From Spirochaetaceae bacterium (lineage in GTDB: Bacteria; Spirochaetota; Spirochaetia; DSM-27196; SKKC01), in assembly GCA_046542845.1 (NCBI GenBank), contig JBKHAN010000003.1, positions 4,166 through 68,165 of the forward strand: a DNA stretch of 64,000 bases. The letters are read 5' to 3'. Every line of letters begins with the position of its first letter. The first letter of the stretch is position 1. Position numbers and translations under genes: made by a program. Positions 27,058-35,938 of this stretch are shown here, piece after piece. A model generated the notes under the pieces. The model saw nothing but the letters and a program-made list of their open reading frames with translations, did not search any database and was not told where the DNA came from.

Positions 27058-28119
27058 CTACTGCATTTTCGCCATCTCAAATCGCAGCGTGTGTCCGGCG
27101 GGGTTCAAGCCAACCGAATATTCTCCACGCAACGTCGTTGTGAGCACCGTCAACAAACGCTCAAGCGCTGGATCGGTCTGTGGTCGCCGCGGCTGCCTTT
27201 CGTGTGCATCACCGGCCCGGACAAAGACCGAAAGCTCCACGTCCGCGCGATCGAGGCGGGTCAGTGATACCCGTAACACCGGTGCATAGGAGCTTCCCTC
27301 GTAGGCCTGCATCAGATCGGCGAGAAACTCCACAAGCAGCAGACCGCATGCGGAGGCCTGGTCTACGCGCAACTCCATGGGCTGGACATCCGTGGATATA
27401 TGGGGCGGCGTTCCGCTTTTCAGATACTCGGAGGCCACGTGTACCACACCTCGGACGTACTTCGACATAGACACCGAAATAGGAGTGTCCGCGTGTTCAA
27501 AGGCGTTACTGACGAGCGCGAGGGCCCGGACATGCACGTGCATGCGTGTCTGCTGGGCCGGCGAGGGATTATCCTCGCGCAGACGCACAATAGCGGACAG
27601 GAGCTGGAGACTCTCACCGACACGCTGATGGACACGGCGAAGCACGCGATTGTTGCGCTCAACGAGGTCATGATACCGCTGTTCGGCGATGACCCGCTCG
27701 GACACGTCTCGCCCGATCGCGTCAATGCATATGAGTGTACCCCGTCGGTTCCACACGCCGCGAAACCGCTCCTCTACCCACACAATGCGTCCGTCCCGTG
27801 CGGTCCAGCGCACCACAGTGGGACCCGAGGGAATAACGCCCCGCTTCAGGCCCTCGAGTATCACGTAGTCTTCGGGATGGACAAGTCGCCCTAACAGACG
27901 CGGCACGGTGTACCAGTCTGAAACCGGGTATCCAAGCACACGTTCCACCGCTTCGTTCGCGAACTCAACCCGCTCGGTTGGATGTACCCTGTAGCGAAAG
28001 AAAACGTCGCTGCCGGTGCGGGCCATAAACTCGGCAATTCCGCGACGACGGCTGCGATTGAAGAGATCGGTCAAACTACCGGGTATTCGGGGTATGAATG
28101 GTACCTGCACAGCGCTCAA
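27058..28119 (-). CDS. PAS-domain protein with HisKA_2-like dimerisation region and degenerate ATPase domain
   Basis: The PAS domain is FFRYRVHPTERVEFANEAVERVLGYPVSDW...VHPEDY. The H-box-like segment is LRRVHQRVGESLQLLSAIV. The C-terminal region aligns to HATPase_c but lacks the N-box Asn (VEFLADLMQAY) and the G1/G2 glycine boxes. The start is TTG at 28119, or the alternative ATG at 28026. Confidence 0.7.
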   Translation of the reverse strand: MSAVQVPFIPRIPGSLTDLFNRSRRRGIAEFMARTGSDVFFRYRVHPTERVEFANEAVERVLGYPVSDWYTVPRLLGRLVHPEDYVILEGLKRGVIPSGPTVVRWTARDGRIVWVEERFRGVWNRRGTLICIDAIGRDVSERVIAEQRYHDLVERNNRVLRRVHQRVGESLQLLSAIVRLREDNPSPAQQTRMHVHVRALALVSNAFEHADTPISVSMSKYVRGVVHVASEYLKSGTPPHISTDVQPMELRVDQASACGLLLVEFLADLMQAYEGSSYAPVLRVSLTRLDRADVELSVFVRAGDAHERQPRRPQTDPALERLLTVLTTTLRGEYSVGLNPAGHTLRFEMAKMQ

Positions 28120-28172
28120 GTCTAATCCGGGTCGACGAGCTGCACAAGCGCGGAGTATTGTTACAGGCAGCT

Positions 28173-29024
28173 ATGAACATACTCGCGGCAGAAGTCCGAA
28201 GACGAAAACTCTTTGCACTCATTCGAACGGTGTTCCTCGCCGTGCTGATCGCGATACCGTTTGTTGTCATAGGACGCTCGGTTCTCGGCACCGCCGGGTT
28301 TTTTGCCCTTGGCATCGGCATCTGGTTTTTATCGTTGAACGCCGGCCGGCGCAGCGCGTCAACCTATCTCTCGGGGGCCGTTCCGCTTCGCTATTACGAA
28401 GCGCCGCAGCTGCACGAGATCGTGGGATCGCTGAGCACCCGAGCGGGACTGACGAGCGTACCCATGCTCTACCTTGTGCGCAGCAGGACCCCGAACGCAG
28501 CAACGATCGGACGACGGGACGAACCGATTATTATCGTTACCGAAGGTCTTTTGAGCATACTTTCGGTCCGCGAAATAACGGGTGTACTCGCCCACGAGAT
28601 CGCCCATATACGCAACAACGATCTTCAGGTGTTCGTGTTCGCAGAGATCATGAAACAGTTGACCATGGCGCTTTCCCGCTTCGTATGGTTTCTTCTGCTT
28701 ATCCAGCTGCCCTTCATTCTGTTCACCGGACTGGTAATTCCCATGCGCCTGATTCTCTGGCTTGCCGCCGCGCCCGTGGTTGTATTCGTGCTGCAGCTGG
28801 CGCTCCTGAGGACGCGCGAGTTCGCAGCCGACCTCGGCGCGGTAGAGCTGACGAACGACCCGGAGGGCCTCGCGGCTGCCCTCTACCGTGTATCAAACCC
28901 GGTGCGGAGCGTGTTCGGCATACTGCTTCCGGTGCCGCAGCAGGCGGAAAACACGCTGTTTCGCACCCATCCTGCGGTTGAGACGCGTATCAGCCGCCTC
29001 CTTGAGCTCAGCCGACGGGAGTAG
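28173..29024 (+). CDS. M48-family zinc metalloprotease, HtpX-like
   Basis: Four TM segments, the HEXXH motif in GVLAHEIAHIRNND, and a downstream REFAADLGA. ATG 28173 is preferred over the track start at 28098, which would overlap the divergent gene. Confidence 0.85.
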   Translation: MNILAAEVRRRKLFALIRTVFLAVLIAIPFVVIGRSVLGTAGFFALGIGIWFLSLNAGRRSASTYLSGAVPLRYYEAPQLHEIVGSLSTRAGLTSVPMLYLVRSRTPNAATIGRRDEPIIIVTEGLLSILSVREITGVLAHEIAHIRNNDLQVFVFAEIMKQLTMALSRFVWFLLLIQLPFILFTGLVIPMRLILWLAAAPVVVFVLQLALLRTREFAADLGAVELTNDPEGLAAALYRVSNPVRSVFGILLPVPQQAENTLFRTHPAVETRISRLLELSRRE

Positions 29025-29081
29025 TCACTGAGCGGAACCGCGGCCGACGGGGAAACACATGCATGACACGCACAGGGCGGA

Positions 29082-31520
29082 ATGACTACAATGCACCCTT
29101 GGAAGACACGTGTGGGATTTAAAGTTCATCAATCTGCCAGTTCGATACGCGAAGCCCGGGACTTACGACGATTTCTCGATGTCGTAGCATCGGCCTCCAT
29201 CCCCCGCATTCTCACGCTTAGCGGAGTCGGGCTCGCAGTCTATGCCGCGCTGGTACCGGTGGTGCTCAAGGTCGAGGCTACACATGTCGCGTTCTGGCTT
29301 CCCATCTTCGGAGCGCTGGCCTGCCTGGGCTTATGGCTGGTTCGACGCTTCGGTATGATCGGACGCCGCCACGTACATCGACTGGCTTTTACCGTTCTCG
29401 TCATTGTAAGCGTAAATATCGCGCTCCCACTTTACGTCCTTGGTGAACCGGGGTACGTCGTCGCCGTTGCGTTACTCATTGTCGTGGTCGCAATTGTGTT
29501 CCTGCGGGGCAAGTGGTACTGGATAGCGCTCTGCTTTACCATGCTTGTTTCCGTAGCGGCGATCTCCCCGCACTGGGACGAGCTTGACGGCGCAGCGGAG
29601 CTGTGGCTGATCATGGCGGTGGTTGTCAGCGTGTCGTTGCATCGGGTGCTCTCGCGCAACTTCCAGTGGCTGGGGACGCAGAGACGCCTCCTGAAAGCCG
29701 CAGCCGGAGAGGCAGAACGCGGGCGCGAACGCCTGCGAATCTCCGAAGGCTTCGCGAATGCCGTCAGCACCATATCCGCGAGACTCATCAACCTGGAGAT
29801 AGAACGGATAGACGAGCAGATAGACCAGGCGCTGGGTGTAATCGCCCGATACTGCGACGTGGACCGCTGCAGCGTCTATATGGTGGACGATCGTGCAGGC
29901 ATCATGAAAAACGCCCACGAGTGGCATACCCCGGGTGTACAGACCCTGAACCAGCTTTTCGACGGCGTGGTGCCACTGGACCGTTTCCCCTGGATCAGGC
30001 GGCGACTGCAACTGCTCGAGACGGTGGAGCTTTCATCGGTCGAGGATCTGCCGGACGAAGCAGTCGCAGAGCGGGAACTGGTACACGAGCTTGGTATCAA
30101 GAGCTTGCTGCTGGTGCCGATTTCGAACGAAGGGCACATCAAAGGCTTTTTTGAGCTCTCGAATACCATCGACGAAGTGCACTGGAACCAGTCGTTTCGG
30201 AATATCCTGCAGATCGCAGCCCAGAGTTTTTCCAATGCCCTTGTGCGGAAAGACATGGAGCAAAGACTTCGCGATCACATAACGCAGCGTCGCGAGGCTG
30301 AACGCAAGGCAGAGAAGCTACGGCGGATGGAAGCAGAGATGGGGTCACGGATTCAGCGAACGCTGCTGTTTGGCGACATCCCGAGCGACACGCATCCGCT
30401 CGCCGTGCACGCATCGACCAGGCCAAGCCGAAGTGTCGACGGGGATTTCTTCGAGTTTATCGCCGGAGATCCCGGCCTGGACGTACTCATAGGCGACGTT
30501 ATGGGTAAGGGTACCCCCGCAGCGCTCGTTGCTGCCGCGGCAAAGTCGCGATTCTGGCAGGCCATCGTCGGGCTCCAGTCCGTCTCCGAGCCGAATCGGC
30601 GCCCTTCGCCGGCGGAGATTGTCGAATCGGTATCCGGGGCTATGAGCTTCGAACTCCTTGAGCTGAACACGTTTTTCACCCTGTCCTACGCCCGTTTCGA
30701 CGTCGAACGCGCTATCTGTCGCGTGGTCGACTGTGGCCACCCGCCGCTGCTGCGATTCAGCCGGCGTACGAACACCTGCGAGTGGCTTCGAGGCGTAAAC
30801 CTGCCTCTCGGAATGCACGAGTCGGAGATCTACCGGGAACTTGTTCTCCCCCTCGAACCCGGCGACGTGTTCGTCGCGTATTCGGACGGTGTCACCGAGG
30901 CAACATCCCCGGGCGGAGAGCAGTTCGGGTATCTCAGGCTTGCAAACACGGTTCAGGACGCCGTCGGTTCCGGTTGTGCAAAGAGTATCGTCGCCGCAAT
31001 AGAGAATGCGGTGAAGGATTTCACGGGTGATGCGGGGCCCGCAGACGATGTGACCTGTGCGGTTACCTGCATCGAGCATGAGTACACCGCAGCCGAGGTT
31101 CTGGCCGATTTCAGGGTGAACCTTGAGGCCACCGACCGGGGCTTCGACGATACCGAGGCGGAGCTCGCGGGGGCGCTGCACGAGCTGAGCGCGAGAAACG
31201 GCGTGCACGTGGCGGTCGACAGCATTACAAATGGACTTCGGGCGGCTTTGACCAACATTGTCCGGCATGCCTACCGTGGCTTCGAATCCGGTGCCATCGA
31301 TATTTCATTGCGCGCACGGGAAAACTGCGTCATGCTTGCTTTAACACATAATGGACGTCCGTTCGACCCTGCTTCGCAGGTGCGAGGGGGACGCGTCGTG
31401 CGGGGTAAAGGCTCGGGATTGCACGTTATGGAAGAAAGCTTTGACTCGGTAGCGTATACCTACTCTCATGGTGGCACACAACACCTGTATCTCACGAGCT
31501 ACAGCGTGGAGGCTGTTTAG
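29082..31520 (+). CDS. Polytopic-membrane GAF / PP2C (SpoIIE-type) phosphatase / RsbW-like HATPase fusion protein
   Basis: 812 aa. The first ~190 aa contains 5-6 TM helices, followed by a GAF-like region (CDVDRCSVYMVDD...LLVPISNEGHIKGFFEL). The PP2C motifs are SVDGDFFEF, GDVMGKGTPAA, YSDGVTEA and ADDVTCAV. The C-terminus is RsbW/SpoIIAB-like (LTNIVRHAY ... GSGLHVMEESFDSV). Confidence 0.85.
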   Translation: MTTMHPWKTRVGFKVHQSASSIREARDLRRFLDVVASASIPRILTLSGVGLAVYAALVPVVLKVEATHVAFWLPIFGALACLGLWLVRRFGMIGRRHVHRLAFTVLVIVSVNIALPLYVLGEPGYVVAVALLIVVVAIVFLRGKWYWIALCFTMLVSVAAISPHWDELDGAAELWLIMAVVVSVSLHRVLSRNFQWLGTQRRLLKAAAGEAERGRERLRISEGFANAVSTISARLINLEIERIDEQIDQALGVIARYCDVDRCSVYMVDDRAGIMKNAHEWHTPGVQTLNQLFDGVVPLDRFPWIRRRLQLLETVELSSVEDLPDEAVAERELVHELGIKSLLLVPISNEGHIKGFFELSNTIDEVHWNQSFRNILQIAAQSFSNALVRKDMEQRLRDHITQRREAERKAEKLRRMEAEMGSRIQRTLLFGDIPSDTHPLAVHASTRPSRSVDGDFFEFIAGDPGLDVLIGDVMGKGTPAALVAAAAKSRFWQAIVGLQSVSEPNRRPSPAEIVESVSGAMSFELLELNTFFTLSYARFDVERAICRVVDCGHPPLLRFSRRTNTCEWLRGVNLPLGMHESEIYRELVLPLEPGDVFVAYSDGVTEATSPGGEQFGYLRLANTVQDAVGSGCAKSIVAAIENAVKDFTGDAGPADDVTCAVTCIEHEYTAAEVLADFRVNLEATDRGFDDTEAELAGALHELSARNGVHVAVDSITNGLRAALTNIVRHAYRGFESGAIDISLRARENCVMLALTHNGRPFDPASQVRGGRVVRGKGSGLHVMEESFDSVAYTYSHGGTQHLYLTSYSVEAV

Positions 31521-31521
31521 G

Positions 31522-33363
31522 GTGGCGCTGACCACACACCTTGCGGGTCAGGAGGGGGTCGATCCGGAGCGAATTCGAGCTTCCGAATCCGCTTCAATTG
31601 AGCTCCACATCTCGCTCGAGGACGCGTTGATCGTGTACGGCGGTCTTGATCCGGAACGTACCATTCGCGCCAGTGCGAAGGATCTCGGCCTCCGCTTCGT
31701 GTCCAATCCGATCGAGTCGATTATGCCGGGGATAGACGCAGGTGTGGCACACAGAATCGGATGGCGCTCGGTGCTTCGGGTTGGCGCCCTGCCCTTGTAC
31801 CGGGAGGGTAGCAGGCTCGTAGTCCTCACCTCGAGGGGCAATAACCGTCCTGCCGCGAACCACTTTGCCGAGGTGTTCGGCATCGACGACACAGAGGAAA
31901 TCCTCACCACGCGTTCGCGGTTCATACGATCGGTGGAACACGTATTTGCCCGACAGCTGGAAACCGAAGCGACATCGACGCACGCGAGAAAACGCCCCGA
32001 TGAGAGCGCGAAACGGGTACTGAGCAGGGGGCAGTTGGTCGGAATCCTGATGCTGCTCGCTGCCGTTGTTGCGGGCATCTCTACGACGGGACTGCCGCTT
32101 CTGCACGCGCTCATTCTGCTCAGCTCCGCCGTGTACGTTGGCGTTATCGCGTTCAGGTTTTTTGCCAGCGCATCGGGCAATCTCGACAGTATCGTGGTCG
32201 ACGTGTCACCAGAGGAAGCCCAGGAGAGTTCCGCCGTTGATCTACCGGTCTACACTATTCTTCTCCCGCTGTATCGGGAACCGTCTGCGGTATCGCGGCT
32301 CGTACAAGGCGTGAAACGGCTCGACTATCCGCCCCACAAGCTGGATGTCATATTGCTTCTCGAAGAAGACGACCTCCAGACGCAGGCCGCGGTCGAAGAC
32401 GCGCAGGTACCCGCATACTGGACGGTTCTTCGCGTACCCCTCGGGTATCCCCGAACGAAAGCCAGGGCGTGCAACTACGGACTGCACTTCGCGCGCGGCA
32501 CGTATTGTGTGGTGTACGACGCCGAGGATCTGCCGGACCATGACCAACTGCGAAAGACGGTCGCCGCGTTCGCCCGGGCGAGCTCGGCTACCATGTGCTT
32601 TCAGTCGCTCCTTCGATACACGGGCACCAACCACAACGTGCTCACGCGGCTTTTTTCCATGGAATATCATTACCTGTTCGATTTCATGACGCCCGGGCTC
32701 TACGCGATGTCACTGCCCGTCCCGGTGGCCGGCTCGAGCAATCACTTCAACACCGACAAACTCCGGGCGCTCGGGGCCTGGGACGCGTATAACACGACAG
32801 AACACATCGATCTCGGCATACGCATCGCGGTAGAGAGGCAATCTGTCGGTGTTCTCAGAAGCACGACATACGAAGATGCTAACGGAGCCGTCTGGAACTG
32901 GATACGGCAGCGGACGCGTCGCCTCAAAGGGCAGCTTCACACCTTTCTCATATACAACCGCAATCCCGTGAAGACACTCCGGAATCTGGGCATCCGTGGA
33001 TGGCTGGGTTTCATGCTGTTTGTCGGCGGTACTCCGTTAGTATACCTTGCGGCACCTGTTCTGTGGGCTGTCGTTGTATTCGGGCTGCTTGCACGAGCCG
33101 GAATGCTCCTTCCGGTCATAACGCCGCTGGTAATGTATCTGTCGGTTACATCGCTCATGCTCGGAAACGTTCTGTCGGTATACATGCTTATGCTCGGATC
33201 GTTTCACCGCAGGCAGTACCGACTGATCCCCTACGCGATCCTGACCCCGGCTTACCAGGTTCTTCACTCACTCGCGGCATGGAGAGCGTTGTGGCAACTG
33301 TTCCGCCGGCCACATTTCTGGGACAAAACCGATCACAACGGTACCGGCAAGGATACACAATGA
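31522..33363 (+). CDS. Family-2 glycosyltransferase (synthase-like, membrane-embedded) with T2SSE_N/MshEN-like N-terminal domain
   Basis: GTG at 31522 has a GGAGG RBS 9 nt upstream and starts 1 nt after the upstream stop; the track ATG at 31468 has no RBS. The N-terminus LEDALIVYGGLDPERTIRASAKDLGLRFV...ALPLYREGSRLVVLTS aligns to the GspE/MshE N-domain pattern. GT2 motifs are ILLPLYRE and VVYDAEDLPD. TTEHIDLG sits in the TED position and RQRTRRLKG in the QxxRW position. TM helices flank the catalytic core. Confidence 0.8.
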   Translation: MALTTHLAGQEGVDPERIRASESASIELHISLEDALIVYGGLDPERTIRASAKDLGLRFVSNPIESIMPGIDAGVAHRIGWRSVLRVGALPLYREGSRLVVLTSRGNNRPAANHFAEVFGIDDTEEILTTRSRFIRSVEHVFARQLETEATSTHARKRPDESAKRVLSRGQLVGILMLLAAVVAGISTTGLPLLHALILLSSAVYVGVIAFRFFASASGNLDSIVVDVSPEEAQESSAVDLPVYTILLPLYREPSAVSRLVQGVKRLDYPPHKLDVILLLEEDDLQTQAAVEDAQVPAYWTVLRVPLGYPRTKARACNYGLHFARGTYCVVYDAEDLPDHDQLRKTVAAFARASSATMCFQSLLRYTGTNHNVLTRLFSMEYHYLFDFMTPGLYAMSLPVPVAGSSNHFNTDKLRALGAWDAYNTTEHIDLGIRIAVERQSVGVLRSTTYEDANGAVWNWIRQRTRRLKGQLHTFLIYNRNPVKTLRNLGIRGWLGFMLFVGGTPLVYLAAPVLWAVVVFGLLARAGMLLPVITPLVMYLSVTSLMLGNVLSVYMLMLGSFHRRQYRLIPYAILTPAYQVLHSLAAWRALWQLFRRPHFWDKTDHNGTGKDTQ

Positions 33364-34718
33364 ACCGGGCCCGACGCGCCATTTTTCCGGTTATTCCCAA
33401 TCGACGTCGTTTCGTCTCTGTCCTGCTCCTGCTCCTGCCGCTGCTTACGGCCGCCGGTTACGCGGCGATGCACCTGGGGTACTATCCCGTCAGGTTAATG
33501 CAGCTCGCGGGACTGGCACGCATTGGCACATCTGCTTCGGTTACGCAGCAGTCTGAAGTACTTCCGGTATCACCCCCGTTGTCGTTTCTTCTGTTCATCC
33601 TTCTCAGAAACCCCATGCTGATCTCGGGTCTGATCGGAGCCGTCCTGATCGGCTACCTGGTTTACTACGTTACGTCCTACCCGAACGCGCCGGTCCTGAA
33701 AGTCGTCCTGTCTACCTACATCCTGTTCTCGCCATCAATGCTGCTGCTTGTGCTTTTCGAGATGGAGTGGGCTGCCTTCCTGACGCTTGGGTTTTTTGCG
33801 AATTATTTTGTTCTGGAGTTCTACCGGCAGGAACACAGCTTTTTTCTTTTCATGTGCGGGCTGTGTATTGGAGCCATGTACCTGATTGTTCCGGAGTTTC
33901 TGCTTGTCATGCCCTTTCTGGTCCTCGGGCTCGGCTTTATGTTCCGAAGGTTCGGCCGCACGCTTATCTATTCTGCCGTGCTCCTGTTCCCCGTGCTTTC
34001 TGCCGCGCTGTTATGGCCGCTTGTCGAGTGGTTTGTCAGCGGAACACTGATCTACCCGTTTCCCCGTTTCTCAACCTCCGTGCCACCCGACTACATCGCG
34101 ACGAGTATTCGGGAGAGCGGTCCGGTTATAGCAGGATACTCAATACTCCTTGGTCTGACGCTTCGCACACGCAGTACCATGTTCCGTCCCGCGTACGCGA
34201 TTCTCGGCGTTCCGCTCATGCTGTTACTCGGTGGCCTCTTGTGGGCTACCCCCGTTCCTATCATCGTGCAGATACCGCTCTTAATGGTTAACCTTGTCAT
34301 CCTTTATCCGTACCTGGATATGATGATATCGCGCAGGGTACTGCGTCCGGCGATCATTGCTTTGACGATTATCGCTGCGATATCCGGAACGCATACGCTG
34401 TTGGACCCGCCCGACTCGTTCCGGGCGGAGGTCGGTGCAACGATTCGGGGCGAAGGCGGCAACATGAGCGAGTACGGACTGATAATGCAGCAGACCGGTA
34501 CCGGGAGGATACTGCTCAGTCCGGCGACCGTTCACTTTGCATGGCTTATGGAAGATGTTCCCACATCGGATTTTCACTACCAGCGTTTTGCCGGACAGGC
34601 TGTCCCATCCGATGTGCAGTGGATCATTCTGAACCTGCCCGACCAGGAGCCGCCCGGGGTCCCCGGATTTGCCGAGCACTTCAGAACGGTTCACTATCGT
34701 GTGCTCAAGCGCACCTGA
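33360..34718 (+). CDS. Polytopic membrane protein of unknown family, translationally coupled to the GT2
   Basis: ATG at 33360 overlaps the GT2 stop (ATGA). It is 452 aa with about 9-10 hydrophobic helices by eye, then a soluble C-terminal domain of about 110 aa. The track ORF from 33000 is an out-of-frame-overlapping extension. Confidence 0.65.
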   Translation: MNRARRAIFPVIPNRRRFVSVLLLLLPLLTAAGYAAMHLGYYPVRLMQLAGLARIGTSASVTQQSEVLPVSPPLSFLLFILLRNPMLISGLIGAVLIGYLVYYVTSYPNAPVLKVVLSTYILFSPSMLLLVLFEMEWAAFLTLGFFANYFVLEFYRQEHSFFLFMCGLCIGAMYLIVPEFLLVMPFLVLGLGFMFRRFGRTLIYSAVLLFPVLSAALLWPLVEWFVSGTLIYPFPRFSTSVPPDYIATSIRESGPVIAGYSILLGLTLRTRSTMFRPAYAILGVPLMLLLGGLLWATPVPIIVQIPLLMVNLVILYPYLDMMISRRVLRPAIIALTIIAAISGTHTLLDPPDSFRAEVGATIRGEGGNMSEYGLIMQQTGTGRILLSPATVHFAWLMEDVPTSDFHYQRFAGQAVPSDVQWIILNLPDQEPPGVPGFAEHFRTVHYRVLKRT

Positions 34719-34790
34719 CGCCTGATTCAAAGAGTCCCCGGACGGAGCGTTGAACTTGTCGCGCCCGTCAAGGTTCCGTACATTCTTTAT

Positions 34791-35915
34791 ATGCGTATAC
34801 TTCGAATTGCAGTTTTTTTCACGATCCCGGTCTTTTTCGCCATGGCCGCCGGAGCGCAGAGTTTCGACGAAGTGTATGAAAGCGAGGAGCTCTCGTTTCG
34901 GGTTGTGCTCGAAACAGATGGTCTGCAGAATCCGTGGTCACTCGCCTACCTTCCGGACGGCCGACTCCTCGTAACCGAGCGTCCAGGCCGCCTGAGCATA
35001 ATCGACGACGGCCGTCGGACAGAGGTCACGGGGCTCCCGGACGTTGCTACTGTTGGGCAGGGTGGGTTGCTCGACGTCGAGCCGCATCCTTCCTACGAAG
35101 AGAACAACCTTATATACTTTACGTACGCTGCACGCGGCGAAGGTGGCGTGGGCACGGCCCTCGGCCGCGGACGACTTGACGGTTCGACCCTGCGCGACGT
35201 TGAGCAACTCTTTCTCATGAACAGGCTCAGCGATGCGGAACAGCATTTCGGGTCGCGCCTCGTCTTTCTCGACGACGGGACCATCCTGTTTACCATAGGA
35301 GACCGTGGAGCGCGCAATCGTGCGCAGCAATTCGAGGATCACGCGGGCGGGACAATTCGCCTCAACGACGACGGGAGCGTTCCGTCTGACAACCCGTGGA
35401 TCGAGGACGATGACTACGCCGCCGAGTTGTATACGGTCGGGAACCGCAATTCGCAGGGCATGACCATACACCCGGAGACACAGGAGGTGTGGCAGAGCGA
35501 ACACGGCCCGCGAGGCGGGGACGAGTTGAACCTGATCCGGGCCGGCAGGAACTACGGGTGGCCGCTCGTATCGGAGGGGACCGAGTATTCGACCGGGGCT
35601 GCAATCGGCAGTGAGGAGGTCGAGGGAACCGTTGGCCCTGTCCATTACTGGGTGCCGGCGGTCGCACCGTCGGGCATGACCTTCTACACCGGCGACGCGT
35701 TTCCTGCGTGGGACGGCAATCTGTTTATGACGTCGCTGGTACAGCAACAGCTTCACAGACTGGTTCTGGACGGTGAGGACCTGGTGCACGAAGAAGTGCT
35801 TCTGACCGATCAAATCGGACGTATACGTGATATCGTCCAGGGTCCCGACGGACTCCTCCGACTTGTGACCGACGAGCGCGACGGGGGCGTATACCGGCTC
35901 GAACCCGTTGAGTGA
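34791..35915 (+). CDS. PQQ-dependent soluble sugar (glucose/sorbosone) dehydrogenase, YliI-like
   Basis: 374 aa with a signal peptide. NPWSLAYLPDGRLLVTERPGRLSII, GLLDVEPHP, HFGSRLVF, GNRNSQG and YGWP are typical beta-propeller GSDH motifs. Confidence 0.85.
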   Translation: MRILRIAVFFTIPVFFAMAAGAQSFDEVYESEELSFRVVLETDGLQNPWSLAYLPDGRLLVTERPGRLSIIDDGRRTEVTGLPDVATVGQGGLLDVEPHPSYEENNLIYFTYAARGEGGVGTALGRGRLDGSTLRDVEQLFLMNRLSDAEQHFGSRLVFLDDGTILFTIGDRGARNRAQQFEDHAGGTIRLNDDGSVPSDNPWIEDDDYAAELYTVGNRNSQGMTIHPETQEVWQSEHGPRGGDELNLIRAGRNYGWPLVSEGTEYSTGAAIGSEEVEGTVGPVHYWVPAVAPSGMTFYTGDAFPAWDGNLFMTSLVQQQLHRLVLDGEDLVHEEVLLTDQIGRIRDIVQGPDGLLRLVTDERDGGVYRLEPVE

Positions 35916-35938
35916 ACGAATAAAGGACAGCAAACCCT

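Noticed and set aside
31468-31521. ATG 31468 as the start of the GT2 (53-nt overlap with the upstream gene)
   Set aside because: There is no RBS before it, whereas GTG 31522 has GGAGG 9 nt upstream and starts right after the upstream stop. I keep it as an alternative, because it would add an Arg that could belong to an MshEN-type motif.
33000-33359. 5' extension of the membrane-protein ORF (track ORF 33000-34718)
   Set aside because: The extension overlaps the GT2 coding region in another frame and translates to Arg/Cys-rich sequence. The ATG at 33360, forming ATGA with the GT2 stop, is the sensible start.
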